Source of the DNA: Patescibacteria group bacterium
GTDB taxonomy: Bacteria; Patescibacteriota; Gracilibacteria; Peribacterales; Peribacteraceae
Length of the DNA: 40,999 nucleotides
Assembly: GCA_043819035.1 (NCBI GenBank)
Contig: JBDRFD010000005.1
Location: 1-40,999 of the forward strand
Direction: 5' to 3'
Within the stretch, counting starts at the first letter, position 1; each line of letters starts with the position of its first letter. This document shows positions 1 through 9,254 of this stretch, one piece after another. The notes below the pieces were generated by a model. It did not search any database and had not been told where the DNA came from. It saw nothing but the letters and a program-made list of their open reading frames with translations. The position numbers were made by a program, and so were the translations under genes.

Positions 1-94
1 TGGAGCTGGCGTGAATATGATGAGGCTTCTGGCCTTCTATCTTCACGTGTCCTGATGCTATTGCCTGCCGGATGTCGCGGTCGGAGAGGATCAT
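1..94 (-). CDS. dcd: dCTP deaminase, N-terminal part (runs off window start)
   Basis: Reverse complement from ATG at 94 reads MILSDRDIRQAIASGHVKIEGQKPHHIHASS, matching the typical Dcd N-terminus (MILSDxDI...IxPASxDL). Not in the ORF track because it is truncated. Confidence 0.8.
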   Translation of the reverse strand, partial: MILSDRDIRQAIASGHVKIEGQKPHHIHASS

Positions 95-147
95 GGATGA
101 GTAGACTACATTGAATAAGAATAAAGATACAAGATACAAAGTCCATT

Positions 148-300
148 GTCTGAATCACGAATTACGCGGATTATACTGATTACACGGATTCCTTCCACCT
201 GATCTCTTTACACTTACAACGAGCATCCGTGAAATCCGCTTAATCATATTAATCCGTGATTCTGACAGTGTGCGTAATCTGCGTAATCTGCGGTTCAGAC
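148..300. repeat. Palindromic element, GTCTGAAYC/GRTTCAGAC family, copy 1 (with an extra right arm)
   Basis: GTCTGAATCACG (148) ... CGTGATTCTGAC (266) with ~9-nt-period CGGATTA/TAATCCG arms, followed by TAATCTGCGTAATCTGCGGTTCAGAC to 300. Confidence 0.85.
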
Positions 301-385
301 ATTTTGGAATTTCATTCTATCCACCCCACAAAAACTCTCCTCCGCCCATTGATCCCACCCCTTAAGTCCGTAGAATACTCGAGTC

Positions 386-2167
386 ATGTCCAAAAGTGCG
401 ATTCATGAAAGAGGCAGTGCCACAAAGAATTCTCCCTTCAATACCAAAGGAGGAGATGGTGTCGGTGCGGCGGAAGACTACAAGGGGCGATCCGAATGTG
501 AGCATTCGCGCATGCTCTGTGCACAGGAGCTTCAGCGAATTGTGTCCAAGTCGGACATGTTTACTGAACGAGATCTGAAGGCATACAAGGATATACTCAC
601 AGACTCAAAGCTTGCACTCGCAGGAAAAGTAACATACGCACAAAAGCAAGAGGCATTGGAGGAAAATATCTCGGAATTTATTCCACGTACAATGGAAGAT
701 GTATCACGAGCAGAAAATGTTTTTTATGGCATGCTCGCCACTGCTCAGGCTCGTAATATCATTACACATGAAACGGCAATGTACTGGCGCGACAAACTTA
801 AGTCGGAAAAATTCCCGTGGTGGGAAAAAGAGAAATTCATCTACGAGAAATTCCCCCACATTGTAGCAAACTGGGAAGAGCTCGCGAAGGATATTAAGAC
901 CCTTGAGAAGGAAGTGAGCCGAAACAGAATGTTTGCCGATATTCCGGAAGTCCGAAAAGTGCTGGGTAAAACAAACTCGATTAAGAAATACAAATCCTGG
1001 CGCAATGCAGTCAGCGAGGCACTTGGAGCGATCGAAGCGGATAAAAGGCTGCAACAGAATCTCTTCCAAAAAGCCAAAAACATCCTTGAAGGTGCCGCAA
1101 GTGGAAAAGTGCTCGCTTCCAAAAAAGTCGGTATCTGGCTCCATCGAATCTTCAAGAGTAATGCTCCCAATAACAAGATTGCCGACTTCATCAATGGCAG
1201 CGGGGCTGCATCACTCTCCGGACTAATAGATCGCTGGAGCAGTGTGCGCAGTCGCTATGACAAAATTGAGAATAAACGCAAAGTTGGAAATGATCCGCGC
1301 GGCTTCCACTTTGTAACAACTGAGAAGTTTCTTGATTGGCACTACACCAAGCGCCTGGCATACGTGGAAGAAGCTGAGAAACGTTTCGTCGATGTCGCAA
1401 AAGAGAAACCAATCCTGCTCGCCATACGCCGCGAGCTCGATAGCCAGGACTGGGAATCTGCAACAATATTGATCCGCCGGGCAGAATCAGAAGCACTATC
1501 CGAATCCGATAGTTCAAAACTTTCTTCGATGAAACGTTATCTTAGCGAACATCAATCCGAGAATCCGGTTGAAGAGAAAACGGGAGAACCACAAACAAAG
1601 GAAGAAGCAGAAACAGAACTGCAGCAGCTTCTTTCCCAGCTTCCCCCTGTGCTACAACCGCTCTACAGAAAATCGATCAATGCGGGGAAGTTTTTCTGTC
1701 TCGCCGCACTCATGTACAACCGCGTGTGGTGCCGCGAGAAGGGACACGTGCTGGATGGGCACAAGGAAACGATACTGCGAGAATCATCGGAGGACGATAC
1801 AAAACGTGTTCTTGAACATGGAGACGATAGAAGGCTGCGTAACGCTGCCGTATCTTCATACCATGAACCTTCTATCCGAGGATATTCCTGCACCGGCATC
1901 AATGCTCCACAGGTGCTTCACGTAGGTTACGGAGGACAGGATGCACTCGTGGCAAAAATGGCTTCGGAGGATAACGAGCGTTTCCGATACTGGACAACCC
2001 TGATTCCGGAAGGAGTGGATTACGGAACACATTCCTACATCGTGAAGAAGCTGAATCGCCAGATTAAGAGATGTTTGAGGAACATTGACTCATCGTCTAC
2101 TCCGGCCATTCAAAATAAACCTTTGGCGAAAGGCCATGCAACTCCAACGTTCGCTCTAGCACCGTAG
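386..2167 (+). CDS. Hypothetical protein (593 aa, charged, probably helical)
   Basis: Long ORF; TAGAAT -10-like hexamer just upstream; no recognisable catalytic motif. Confidence 0.8.
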   Translation: MSKSAIHERGSATKNSPFNTKGGDGVGAAEDYKGRSECEHSRMLCAQELQRIVSKSDMFTERDLKAYKDILTDSKLALAGKVTYAQKQEALEENISEFIPRTMEDVSRAENVFYGMLATAQARNIITHETAMYWRDKLKSEKFPWWEKEKFIYEKFPHIVANWEELAKDIKTLEKEVSRNRMFADIPEVRKVLGKTNSIKKYKSWRNAVSEALGAIEADKRLQQNLFQKAKNILEGAASGKVLASKKVGIWLHRIFKSNAPNNKIADFINGSGAASLSGLIDRWSSVRSRYDKIENKRKVGNDPRGFHFVTTEKFLDWHYTKRLAYVEEAEKRFVDVAKEKPILLAIRRELDSQDWESATILIRRAESEALSESDSSKLSSMKRYLSEHQSENPVEEKTGEPQTKEEAETELQQLLSQLPPVLQPLYRKSINAGKFFCLAALMYNRVWCREKGHVLDGHKETILRESSEDDTKRVLEHGDDRRLRNAAVSSYHEPSIRGYSCTGINAPQVLHVGYGGQDALVAKMASEDNERFRYWTTLIPEGVDYGTHSYIVKKLNRQIKRCLRNIDSSSTPAIQNKPLAKGHATPTFALAP

Positions 2168-2266
2168 CAATCCAGAAAACCTCTGTAATCGCTTGCCATG
2201 GTTATTGCGATTGCCGTGGCTTGTGAATAATGGAACAATGACACTGTATTCCCCCCTTCTTCACTT

Positions 2267-2851
2267 ATGAAACGTTTACTCACACTCGCCGCACTTTCAC
2301 TGCTTATTACCGCATGCTCTCCGCGCAACACGAGCACCATGACACTCGCCGAGCGCCTCCAGAACCCTCTCTTCGCTGAGCGTTATTCCAAGATGCTGGT
2401 AGGGCGGCTAACAGAGCTTGAAATTGACAAGGATCCACTCCTTGAGGATCCGAAGATGCAAGAACTGGTCACAAGCACTAAAACTAAGTGGATGGAAGTT
2501 GACCGTGAAGCGCGCAGGATTCAGAGAGAAGGAATGAAGGGTGAATTTGTGGGCATCAAAGAGTACGCACTGGGCGAAGTACTTCTGCTAGAACATATGC
2601 TTTATTTAGCATCGGACTTCGAAACAGATCCCGGTCCGGGTCTTTCTATTTTTCTATCTGATGCTATAGATCCTCGTGAAGTAGATGGCTTTCCCCGTAC
2701 CGAAGAGATCAACTTAGGACCACTGCAATCTCCCTACGGGCATCAGCGATATACAATTCCCGAAACGGTAGACACTACCACGTTAAGAACGGTGATACTG
2801 TGGGATACGGAATTACAGAGATTGTATGGGTTTGCACAAATCTCTAAATAA
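2267..2851 (+). CDS. Lipoprotein with C-terminal DM13-like domain
   Basis: Lipobox LITAC after a hydrophobic signal; C-terminal DFETDPGPGLSIFLS...LGPLQSPYGHQRYTIP...VILWD resembles DM13. Confidence 0.7.
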   Translation: MKRLLTLAALSLLITACSPRNTSTMTLAERLQNPLFAERYSKMLVGRLTELEIDKDPLLEDPKMQELVTSTKTKWMEVDREARRIQREGMKGEFVGIKEYALGEVLLLEHMLYLASDFETDPGPGLSIFLSDAIDPREVDGFPRTEEINLGPLQSPYGHQRYTIPETVDTTTLRTVILWDTELQRLYGFAQISK

Positions 2852-2863
2852 CACGCTTCGTTT

Positions 2864-2970
2864 TTAACAGTTAACGGTTAACATTTAACGGCGCTGTTAA
2901 GAGTGAAGCATGTTAACTGTTAATTGTTAACTGTTAATTGTTAACTGTTAATTGTTAACTGTTAATTGTT
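2864..2970. repeat. Inverted 7-nt tandem repeat (TTAACAG / CTGTTAA) between convergent genes
   Basis: TTAACAGTTAACGGTTAACATTTAAC, then about four GTTAACTGTTAATT units in the opposite orientation. Confidence 0.85.
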
Positions 2971-2971
2971 G

Positions 2972-3556
2972 TCACAATCTTTGCTCAAACAGCTTAAGCA
3001 CCTTTTCTACCGCAGCGCTCAACGTATCAAACCCCGGTTGAACTTTTTCTCCATTAACGAAGAATGACGGCGTGCCGTTTACTCCCAATGCACGTCCTTC
3101 TTCATAATCAGCAAGAACAATCGATCTTTTAGAGTGTGACTTCCAGCATTTTTCAAAGAGTGGTACATCCAACTGAAGCTGAGACGCCCACTCCAGAAGT
3201 GCATCGTATCCCAAATCAGCCTGATGCTCGTATGCCAGATCGATAAACTCCCAAAACTTCCCCTGATCCGCCGCGCACTCACTTGATTCGGCGCTGTCCA
3301 TCGCAAAACGATGAATGGTGCGCAGCGGAAAATGTTTGTACTCCAAACGTACTACATTTCCGTACTGTTCCATAAGCGGAATAACCGCACCCGCATGCGC
3401 CATACGACATGCCGGGCATTCCAGGTCAGAAAACTCCATAATGGTTATCACTCCGTTTGGATTACCCAGGGGACCCCTGCTTGATTCTTTGGAAGCACCG
3501 CCGGTGCAGCCCGTTAATAGAAGTACAAAAACTAGTGATGCTATTTTCCTGCTCAT
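2972..3556 (-). CDS. DsbA-family thioredoxin-fold lipoprotein
   Basis: EFSDLECPAC active site, HFPL motif, GVNGTPSFFVNG cis-Pro loop, LTGC lipobox. Confidence 0.9.
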   Translation of the reverse strand: MSRKIASLVFVLLLTGCTGGASKESSRGPLGNPNGVITIMEFSDLECPACRMAHAGAVIPLMEQYGNVVRLEYKHFPLRTIHRFAMDSAESSECAADQGKFWEFIDLAYEHQADLGYDALLEWASQLQLDVPLFEKCWKSHSKRSIVLADYEEGRALGVNGTPSFFVNGEKVQPGFDTLSAAVEKVLKLFEQRL

Positions 3557-3558
3557 AG

Positions 3559-3678
3559 AAGTGAATAATGAAAAGTGAATAATGAGAATAAATACTCTTA
3601 CCTATAATATCATTATAACCATACTATTTTGGTATTTTTTGCCATTTTTCATTATTCACTTTTCACTTTTCATTTCTC
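3559..3678. repeat. Inverted 7-nt repeat arms (GTGAATA/ATGAAAA vs TTTTCAC/TATTCAC)
   Basis: AAGTGAATAATGAAAAGTGAATAATGAG on the left; TTTTTCATTATTCACTTTTCACTTTTCAT on the right of the dsbA-dnaX divergent spacer. Confidence 0.75.
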
Positions 3679-3704
3679 GTCCATAAGGTACACTCCATCC
3701 CCCA

Positions 3705-5186
3705 ATGTCCTTATATCGTAAATACCGGCCCCTGACGTTTGCCGAAGTGGTTGGGCAGGATGCTGTTGTGACCACACTCGAGCAGGCGGCTGAGCAGGAC
3801 AAACTGGCGCATGCGTTTCTCTTTGCGGGAAGCAGAGGAACCGGGAAGACCTCCGTCGCCAGAATCCTCGCAAAGATATTGATGACGAAGGATATCAAAG
3901 ATGAAATGATTCAAAAACAGATCATTAAAGGAGTGGAAGAAGGAAATATCGTTGATCTTCTGGAAATCGATGCCGCAAGTAACCGTGGAATTGACGATGT
4001 GCGTGATTTGATTGAAAAGATACAGTTCTCCCCTGTTGTTTCAAATGCCAAAGTATATGTGATTGACGAAGTACACATGCTGACGAAAGAAGCTTTTAAC
4101 GCACTTCTCAAAACTTTGGAAGAACCCCCTCTGTATGCGTACTTCATCCTGGCAACAACAGAACTTAATAAAATCCCTTCAACCATTCAATCGCGCTGCC
4201 AGTGCTTTCCGTTCCGTGCCATTCCGGAAGAAGACATTATTCGGCGCCTCCAGTTTATTTCAGATCAGGAGCACATCAACATTGATCGTGAAGCGCTTCG
4301 CGCCATCGCGCACCATGTTCAAGGAGGACTTCGCGATGCGATTTCTATGTTGGATCAGATACGCGCACTGCCGAAAATTACACTCGAGGATGTAGAGCAA
4401 CGCATGGGTAAAACAGGGAGTGAATATTTGGAGCCGCTCTTCGAGGCCATCGATAGCCATAATCCAAAGGAAATTATCGCAATTGTACGTACAATCGAAG
4501 AAGCAGGCATCGCCCTGGACGTCTTTCTGCGGATGCTTCTCTTGACCACGCGCGAAATGCTCCATGAAGCGATCGAGAAGAAGCAATCTCTGCACTTTCT
4601 CCAATGCATTTTAGATACACTTCTCAAAGCCATTCGGGACGTGCGCATCGCACCGGTGCCGGGATTGATTCTGGAATCTGCGCTCCTGTCGCTTTGTACT
4701 CTCGCTGAAGAAGGTAAAAGAGAACCGGAAAAACTATCCCGCCCGAAGAAAGAAGAACCCAAGAAAAAAGAGAGGAAGAAAGAAGAAGCCAAAGAACCGG
4801 AGGCAACAGAGGAAAAACCCGAATCTAAAGGTGAAGAGGTTGAATTAAAAGAAGCAAGCGTAGAAGCGGTGGAAATATCCTTGGAAAACATCAATGCACT
4901 GTGGCCGCAGATTATTAATGAGACGAGCCCCGCACCGATCAAGATTTCGCTCAAGAACGGACAGCTCATTTCTGTTGACGAGAAAACGCTCAAGGTTGGG
5001 TTTGCGTCATCTTTTCATAAAGACAAAGTGGCGCACCCCGAGGCCAGTAGAAAAATCGAAGAAGTAATGAAGAAGATTCTCAGGCGCTCTTTGAAACTGG
5101 AGTGTGTTATCGGCGATGGTGATGCGACACAAGAACATCCACAGCCGGATGTGGACTTGGCGGAAGCGGCGGCGGAGATATTTTGA
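3705..5186 (+). CDS. dnaX: DNA polymerase III subunit gamma/tau
   Basis: SLYRKYRP start, Walker A GSRGTGKT, EIDAASNRGID, IDEVHML, ALLKTLEEPP, SRC motif. Confidence 0.97.
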   Translation: MSLYRKYRPLTFAEVVGQDAVVTTLEQAAEQDKLAHAFLFAGSRGTGKTSVARILAKILMTKDIKDEMIQKQIIKGVEEGNIVDLLEIDAASNRGIDDVRDLIEKIQFSPVVSNAKVYVIDEVHMLTKEAFNALLKTLEEPPLYAYFILATTELNKIPSTIQSRCQCFPFRAIPEEDIIRRLQFISDQEHINIDREALRAIAHHVQGGLRDAISMLDQIRALPKITLEDVEQRMGKTGSEYLEPLFEAIDSHNPKEIIAIVRTIEEAGIALDVFLRMLLLTTREMLHEAIEKKQSLHFLQCILDTLLKAIRDVRIAPVPGLILESALLSLCTLAEEGKREPEKLSRPKKEEPKKKERKKEEAKEPEATEEKPESKGEEVELKEASVEAVEISLENINALWPQIINETSPAPIKISLKNGQLISVDEKTLKVGFASSFHKDKVAHPEASRKIEEVMKKILRRSLKLECVIGDGDATQEHPQPDVDLAEAAAEIF

Positions 5187-5218
5187 ACAAATCCTTCCTA
5201 CTTTATAGGACAAAGTTT

Positions 5219-5304
5219 AATGGTTTGATGGCTGAATGGTTGCTAAAGTGGCAACAGGCATATTTCTCGCCTGCGAACCATCCAACCATTTAGCCATCCA
5301 ACCA
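5219..5304. repeat. 8-nt-period palindromic element (GATGGTTG/CAACCATC family), copy 1
   Basis: ATGGTTTGATGGCTGAATGGT-TGCTAAAGTGGCAAC-N16-TGCGAACCATCCAACCAT-TTAGCCATCCAACCA; same core as 25155-25244. Confidence 0.85.
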
Positions 5305-5313
5305 CCCAATACA

Positions 5314-5868
5314 ATGCACACATCAATAGAAAAGACCGTGCTCCGAAAATCCATTGAAACCCGCATCGTCGAGATGACCGGCGAAGAACGTGCATCTGAG
5401 AATCAAATTATTTGCGAAACACTCCTCGACCGTATTCCTAAAGGATCAACCATCTGCGCCTACAGCGCACTCGATACCGAAGTGAACCTCACACGGCTAG
5501 TCACAGAACTGATGAATCGCGGTGACACTGTTTTTCTCCCCCGCTACACAGATGATGCGATTACATTTCATCGTATTACTGATCTAAATGAGCTTAAAAT
5601 GAGCTTTTTCTCAATTCTGGAACCGCCTGCAGATTTTGAACAGGCAGACCCAAAAAGTATTAATATTGTCCTCGTCCCCGGTCGTGCGTTTGATGAACGC
5701 GGCAATCGCCTTGGTAGAGGAAAAGGAGGATATGACAAGTGGATTGAGGAGCAACGCAATGAAAACCCTCAAACAAAGATGTGGGGAATCGCTTTCCAAT
5801 GCCAAATGATCGAAGAGGTTCCGACTGAAGAGCATGATCAGAGGATGGATGAGGTGGTGAGTGCATAA
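5314..5868 (+). CDS. 5-formyltetrahydrofolate cyclo-ligase
   Basis: LVPGRAFDERGNRLGRGKGGYD signature and terminal EEHDQRMD. Start placed at ATG 5314 because the ORF-track extension is the upstream repeat. Confidence 0.93.
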   Translation: MHTSIEKTVLRKSIETRIVEMTGEERASENQIICETLLDRIPKGSTICAYSALDTEVNLTRLVTELMNRGDTVFLPRYTDDAITFHRITDLNELKMSFFSILEPPADFEQADPKSINIVLVPGRAFDERGNRLGRGKGGYDKWIEEQRNENPQTKMWGIAFQCQMIEEVPTEEHDQRMDEVVSA

Positions 5869-5869
5869 A

Positions 5870-5987
5870 GTCAGAATCACGGATGACGCGGATTAAACGG
5901 ATCACACGAATCGATGTTGTTTAGAGTAAATCATTTTGTTATAAAATCCGTGAAATCCCCATAATCCGTTTAATCTGTGATTCTGAC
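5870..5987. repeat. GTCTGAAYC-family palindromic element, copy 2
   Basis: GTCAGAATCACGGATGACGCGGATTAAACGGAT ... ATCCGTGAAATCCCCATAATCCGTTTAATCTGTGATTCTGAC. Confidence 0.85.
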
Positions 5988-6112
5988 AATGAGAATAATG
6001 TTTGTGGCTACTATTTGTACTCATCCTACTTGTCCACAAGAAGTCTGATCGTTAGTCTTTACTTACTATGACACCTGTCTCCACTCCCCCATCCCATTCC
6101 AAAACCGCAGCT

Positions 6113-7378
6113 ATGACCTACCTGCCAGCTCTCAAAGAAACCGATCCCGAGATCCGCGATCTGATTATCGAAGAAGAGAAGCGCGAGACATATAAGCTCA
6201 GATTAATACCTTCCGAGAATTACGCATCTCATGCTGTGCGGGAAGGAACGGGGAGCGTTCTTACCAATAAGTACTCCGAGGGGTATCCAAAGAAGCGATA
6301 TTACGAGGGGCAGCAGATTACAGACCAGGTCGAAACACTCGCATGCGAGCGCGCGAAGAAGATATTTGGTGCCGATCACGTCAATGTGCAGCCGCATTCA
6401 GGCAGCCCCGCAAATATGGCTGCATACCGCGCGATTTTGAAGCCGGGTGACACGATTATGGGTCTTTCCCTCCCACATGGGGGACACCTTACGCATGGAT
6501 GGAAGTCAAACTTCTCCGGAACTCTTTATAACTCAGTTCCTTATGAACTCGACTATGAAACGGAGATGCTCAATTTCGACAAAATTCGCGAGCAAGCCAA
6601 AGAGTGCAAGCCACAACTTATCATTGCCGGCTATACCGCATACCCACGTACCATTGATTGGACCAAGTTCCGCGAAATTTGCGATGAAGTGGGTGCCAAG
6701 TTCCACGCGGATACTTCGCATATCACAGGTCTCATCGCCGGAGGCCAGCATCCAAACCCATTCCCGATTGCCGATACCGGAATCACCACAACGCACAAAA
6801 CTCTTCGCGGCCCGCGTGGCGCTATGATTCTTTGTAAGGAAGAATATGCGGATGCCGTGAACAAAGCCATCATTCCGGGAATACAGGGAGGACCGCACAT
6901 GCATACCATTTCCGCGATCGCTGTAGCATTAAAGGAAGCGACCACTCCTGATTTTAAAGCTTATGCCGTGCAAATTGTGAAGAACGCCAAAGCGCTGGCA
7001 GATCGCCTTCTCTCTCACGGTTTCCGTCTTGTTTCCGGCGGAACAGACAATCACTTGATCCTGATGGAAGTCTTTGAATCCAAGGGTATCCTCGGCCGGG
7101 ATGCTTCGCGCGCTCTGGATAAAGCCGGAATAGTCTGTAACTGCAACATGGTGCCGTTCGACAAGAATTCTCCATTCAATCCTTCTGGCCTTCGTATCGG
7201 GACTCCGTCTATGACTTCACGCGGAATGAAGGAACCTGAAATGGAGAAGCTTGGTGACTGGATGAACGAAGTTATCTCTAATATTGAAGATGAAGCGAAC
7301 CTCAAGCGCATCGAAGGTGAGGTGAAAGAGATGTGCTCCGGCTTCCCGTGCCCGGGGATTGATCCGAGTAAGTGGTAA
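6113..7378 (+). CDS. glyA: Serine hydroxymethyltransferase
   Basis: LIPSENY, NKYSEGYPKKRYY, NVQPHSGSPAN, TTTHKTLRGPRG (PLP lysine), GGTDNHL, SGLRIGTP. Alternative start at 6068. Confidence 0.98.
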   Translation: MTYLPALKETDPEIRDLIIEEEKRETYKLRLIPSENYASHAVREGTGSVLTNKYSEGYPKKRYYEGQQITDQVETLACERAKKIFGADHVNVQPHSGSPANMAAYRAILKPGDTIMGLSLPHGGHLTHGWKSNFSGTLYNSVPYELDYETEMLNFDKIREQAKECKPQLIIAGYTAYPRTIDWTKFREICDEVGAKFHADTSHITGLIAGGQHPNPFPIADTGITTTHKTLRGPRGAMILCKEEYADAVNKAIIPGIQGGPHMHTISAIAVALKEATTPDFKAYAVQIVKNAKALADRLLSHGFRLVSGGTDNHLILMEVFESKGILGRDASRALDKAGIVCNCNMVPFDKNSPFNPSGLRIGTPSMTSRGMKEPEMEKLGDWMNEVISNIEDEANLKRIEGEVKEMCSGFPCPGIDPSKW

Positions 7379-7380
7379 TT

Positions 7381-7539
7381 GTCTGAACCGCAGGATTTAC
7401 CTCTCCCCTTAATCCCCTCTACACAGGAGAGGGGAAACTCTGTTAGTGGTTCCATTTATCGGTTTCAAGAACAACAGAGCTCCCCTTCCTCCCGTGGAGG
7501 AAGGGGCCGGGGGATGGAGGTAAATCCAGTGGTTCAGAC
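7381..7539. repeat. GTCTGAAYC-family element, copy 3, with nested GC-rich hairpins
   Basis: GTCTGAACC..GGATTTACCTC left arm and GAGGTAAATCC..GGTTCAGAC right arm enclose TCCCCTCT/AGAGGGGA and CCCCTTCCTCC/GGAGGAAGGGG hairpins. Confidence 0.85.
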
Positions 7540-7694
7540 AACGAAACATCAAAAAACAAATACAGAATCCAAAGACATATACTTACATCATATTTTCCGC
7601 TTCCCCCAGCCGCAAATTCACCGTTGCTGAAAAGTGTTGACTTTGAAAAATACGAGTGTAGTCTGCGCGCAATATTCTTTTCCCATTCATTATC

Positions 7695-7859
7695 ATGTCT
7701 TACGGCAGTGCACCTAATGAAACTCCAAGATTAACTGAAACTCCAGAATCTAGTGATAGCGTTACCATCACTATTGAAGCTGAGAGAGATGCAACACAGG
7801 CAGAAAAAGACAGATTGCTTGATGAACAACTAGCAGCAGATATGGAAGCTGGCTTCTAA
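7695..7859 (+). CDS. Small acidic hypothetical protein (54 aa)
   Basis: ATG 7695 to TAA 7859: MSYGSAPNETPRLTETPESSDSVTITIEAERDATQAEKDRLLDEQLAADMEAGF. Promoter-like TTGACT-N16-TAGTCT (7637-7664) upstream; GCAGCG/CGCTGC hairpin downstream. Confidence 0.5.
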   Translation: MSYGSAPNETPRLTETPESSDSVTITIEAERDATQAEKDRLLDEQLAADMEAGF

Positions 7860-7951
7860 CAAAACATTTTTGATTTATTACCAGTAGCAGCGACGCGGCG
7901 CCGCTGCTGCATTTTGTAATGTACATCCGGTCAGTGTAGTCTATCCTCGAC

Positions 7952-7986
7952 CCATTTTCCCTTTTCCCATTACCCTTTACCCTTTT
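7952..7986. repeat. 7-nt tandem repeat (TTTTCCC/TTTACCC)
   Basis: CCATTTTCCCTTTTCCCATTACCCTTTACCCTTT; same family as 40109-40250 and 40612-40640. Confidence 0.65.
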
Positions 7987-7995
7987 TAATTTTCT

Positions 7996-9207
7996 ATGGC
8001 ACAATTAAAACGCCGCCTCAACCTCCCTTTCTTCACCTTCTATGGATTAGGCTCCATTCTGGGTGCAGGAATTTATGCTTTAGTTGGAAAAGTGGCAGGA
8101 GAAGCCGGCTTCTTTACGCCCGTTGCCTTCATTGTCGCCTCGATTCTTTCGGGACTCACAGGATTTGCATACGCAGAACTCTCAGCTCGTTATCCAAAAA
8201 GCGGTGGCGAAGCGCTTTACACCGCACATGCCTTCGGCATTCCCGCACTTTCGACTGTTATCGGACTGCTTGTCGTACTTTCGGCAATCGTCTCTTCCGC
8301 AGCACTTACAAATGCATTCGTAGGATACCTTCAGGTGTTCGTTTCCATTCCCGCAAACACCGCAATCACCATTACAGTGCTAATCGCAGCATTCATCGCC
8401 GCATGGGGGATAAAGGAATCTGCATTTGCTGCAACAATTCTGACTCTTATAGAGATTGGAGGGCTGCTTCTGATTATTTGGGTTGGCAGAGATGGGTTAA
8501 TGTCATTCCCCTTCCGATTTACAGAATTTATACCGCCCTCAGATACGGCCATTTGGGGAGGAATTATGACCGGAGCGTTCATCGCGTTTTACGCCTTCAT
8601 AGGTTTTGAAGACATGGCCAATGTGGCGGAGGAAGTGGAGAATCCACACAGGAATCTGCCTTTGGGAATTCTTATTGCCATAGTCAGTTCAACAATCCTT
8701 TACTGCATCGTTGCAGTTGTAGCAGTCCTGAGCTTGCCTGCCGCCGATCTTCAGGCAACAGACGCGCCTCTTGCCCTCATCTACACACAAAACACCGGCT
8801 CTTCTCCGATAATCATCACCTTCATCGGCCTATTTGCGATCGTCAACGGCCTATTGGTTCAAATCATCATGGGTTCACGCATCTTGTATGGCCTAAGCAA
8901 AAAGGATTGGCTCCCCGATATGCTCTGTAAAGTCAATCCGCACACACATACACCGATCAACGCAACGATACTGATTACTGTGCTTATCCTGGTTCTCGCT
9001 CTCGGCTTCAATCTGACAATACTCGCACAATTCACAAGTTTCATCATCCTCGTAGTCTTCGCGATTGTGAATCTGGCGTGTATGCGCGTAAAAATCCGTG
9101 ACCCGCACCCCAAAGATGTAACAATCTTCCCATTTGCTTTTTCACTTTTGGGATTTGTGACGATTGTGTGCTTCGTGGGGGTTCGGGTGTGGATGGCTAT
9201 TTTCTAG
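7996..9207 (+). CDS. APC-superfamily amino acid permease
   Basis: GSILGAGIY, YAELSARYPKSGG, FYAFIGFE, EEVENP motifs; multiple hydrophobic segments. Confidence 0.93.
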   Translation: MAQLKRRLNLPFFTFYGLGSILGAGIYALVGKVAGEAGFFTPVAFIVASILSGLTGFAYAELSARYPKSGGEALYTAHAFGIPALSTVIGLLVVLSAIVSSAALTNAFVGYLQVFVSIPANTAITITVLIAAFIAAWGIKESAFAATILTLIEIGGLLLIIWVGRDGLMSFPFRFTEFIPPSDTAIWGGIMTGAFIAFYAFIGFEDMANVAEEVENPHRNLPLGILIAIVSSTILYCIVAVVAVLSLPAADLQATDAPLALIYTQNTGSSPIIITFIGLFAIVNGLLVQIIMGSRILYGLSKKDWLPDMLCKVNPHTHTPINATILITVLILVLALGFNLTILAQFTSFIILVVFAIVNLACMRVKIRDPHPKDVTIFPFAFSLLGFVTIVCFVGVRVWMAIF

Positions 9208-9254
9208 CACAGTAGCTCAGTAGTAAGTAGGCTTTTGAACCTACTGCGCTAAAG

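Noticed and set aside
4761-4772. dnaX -1 frameshift site (AAAAAAG)
   Set aside because: Codons read AAG AAA AAA GAG, so the heptamer is not in the A-AAA-AAG phase, and no stimulatory hairpin is evident.
5988-6112. ZTP or THF riboswitch upstream of glyA
   Set aside because: No GACTGGCG...GCCTGGGC ZTP core or other recognisable aptamer.
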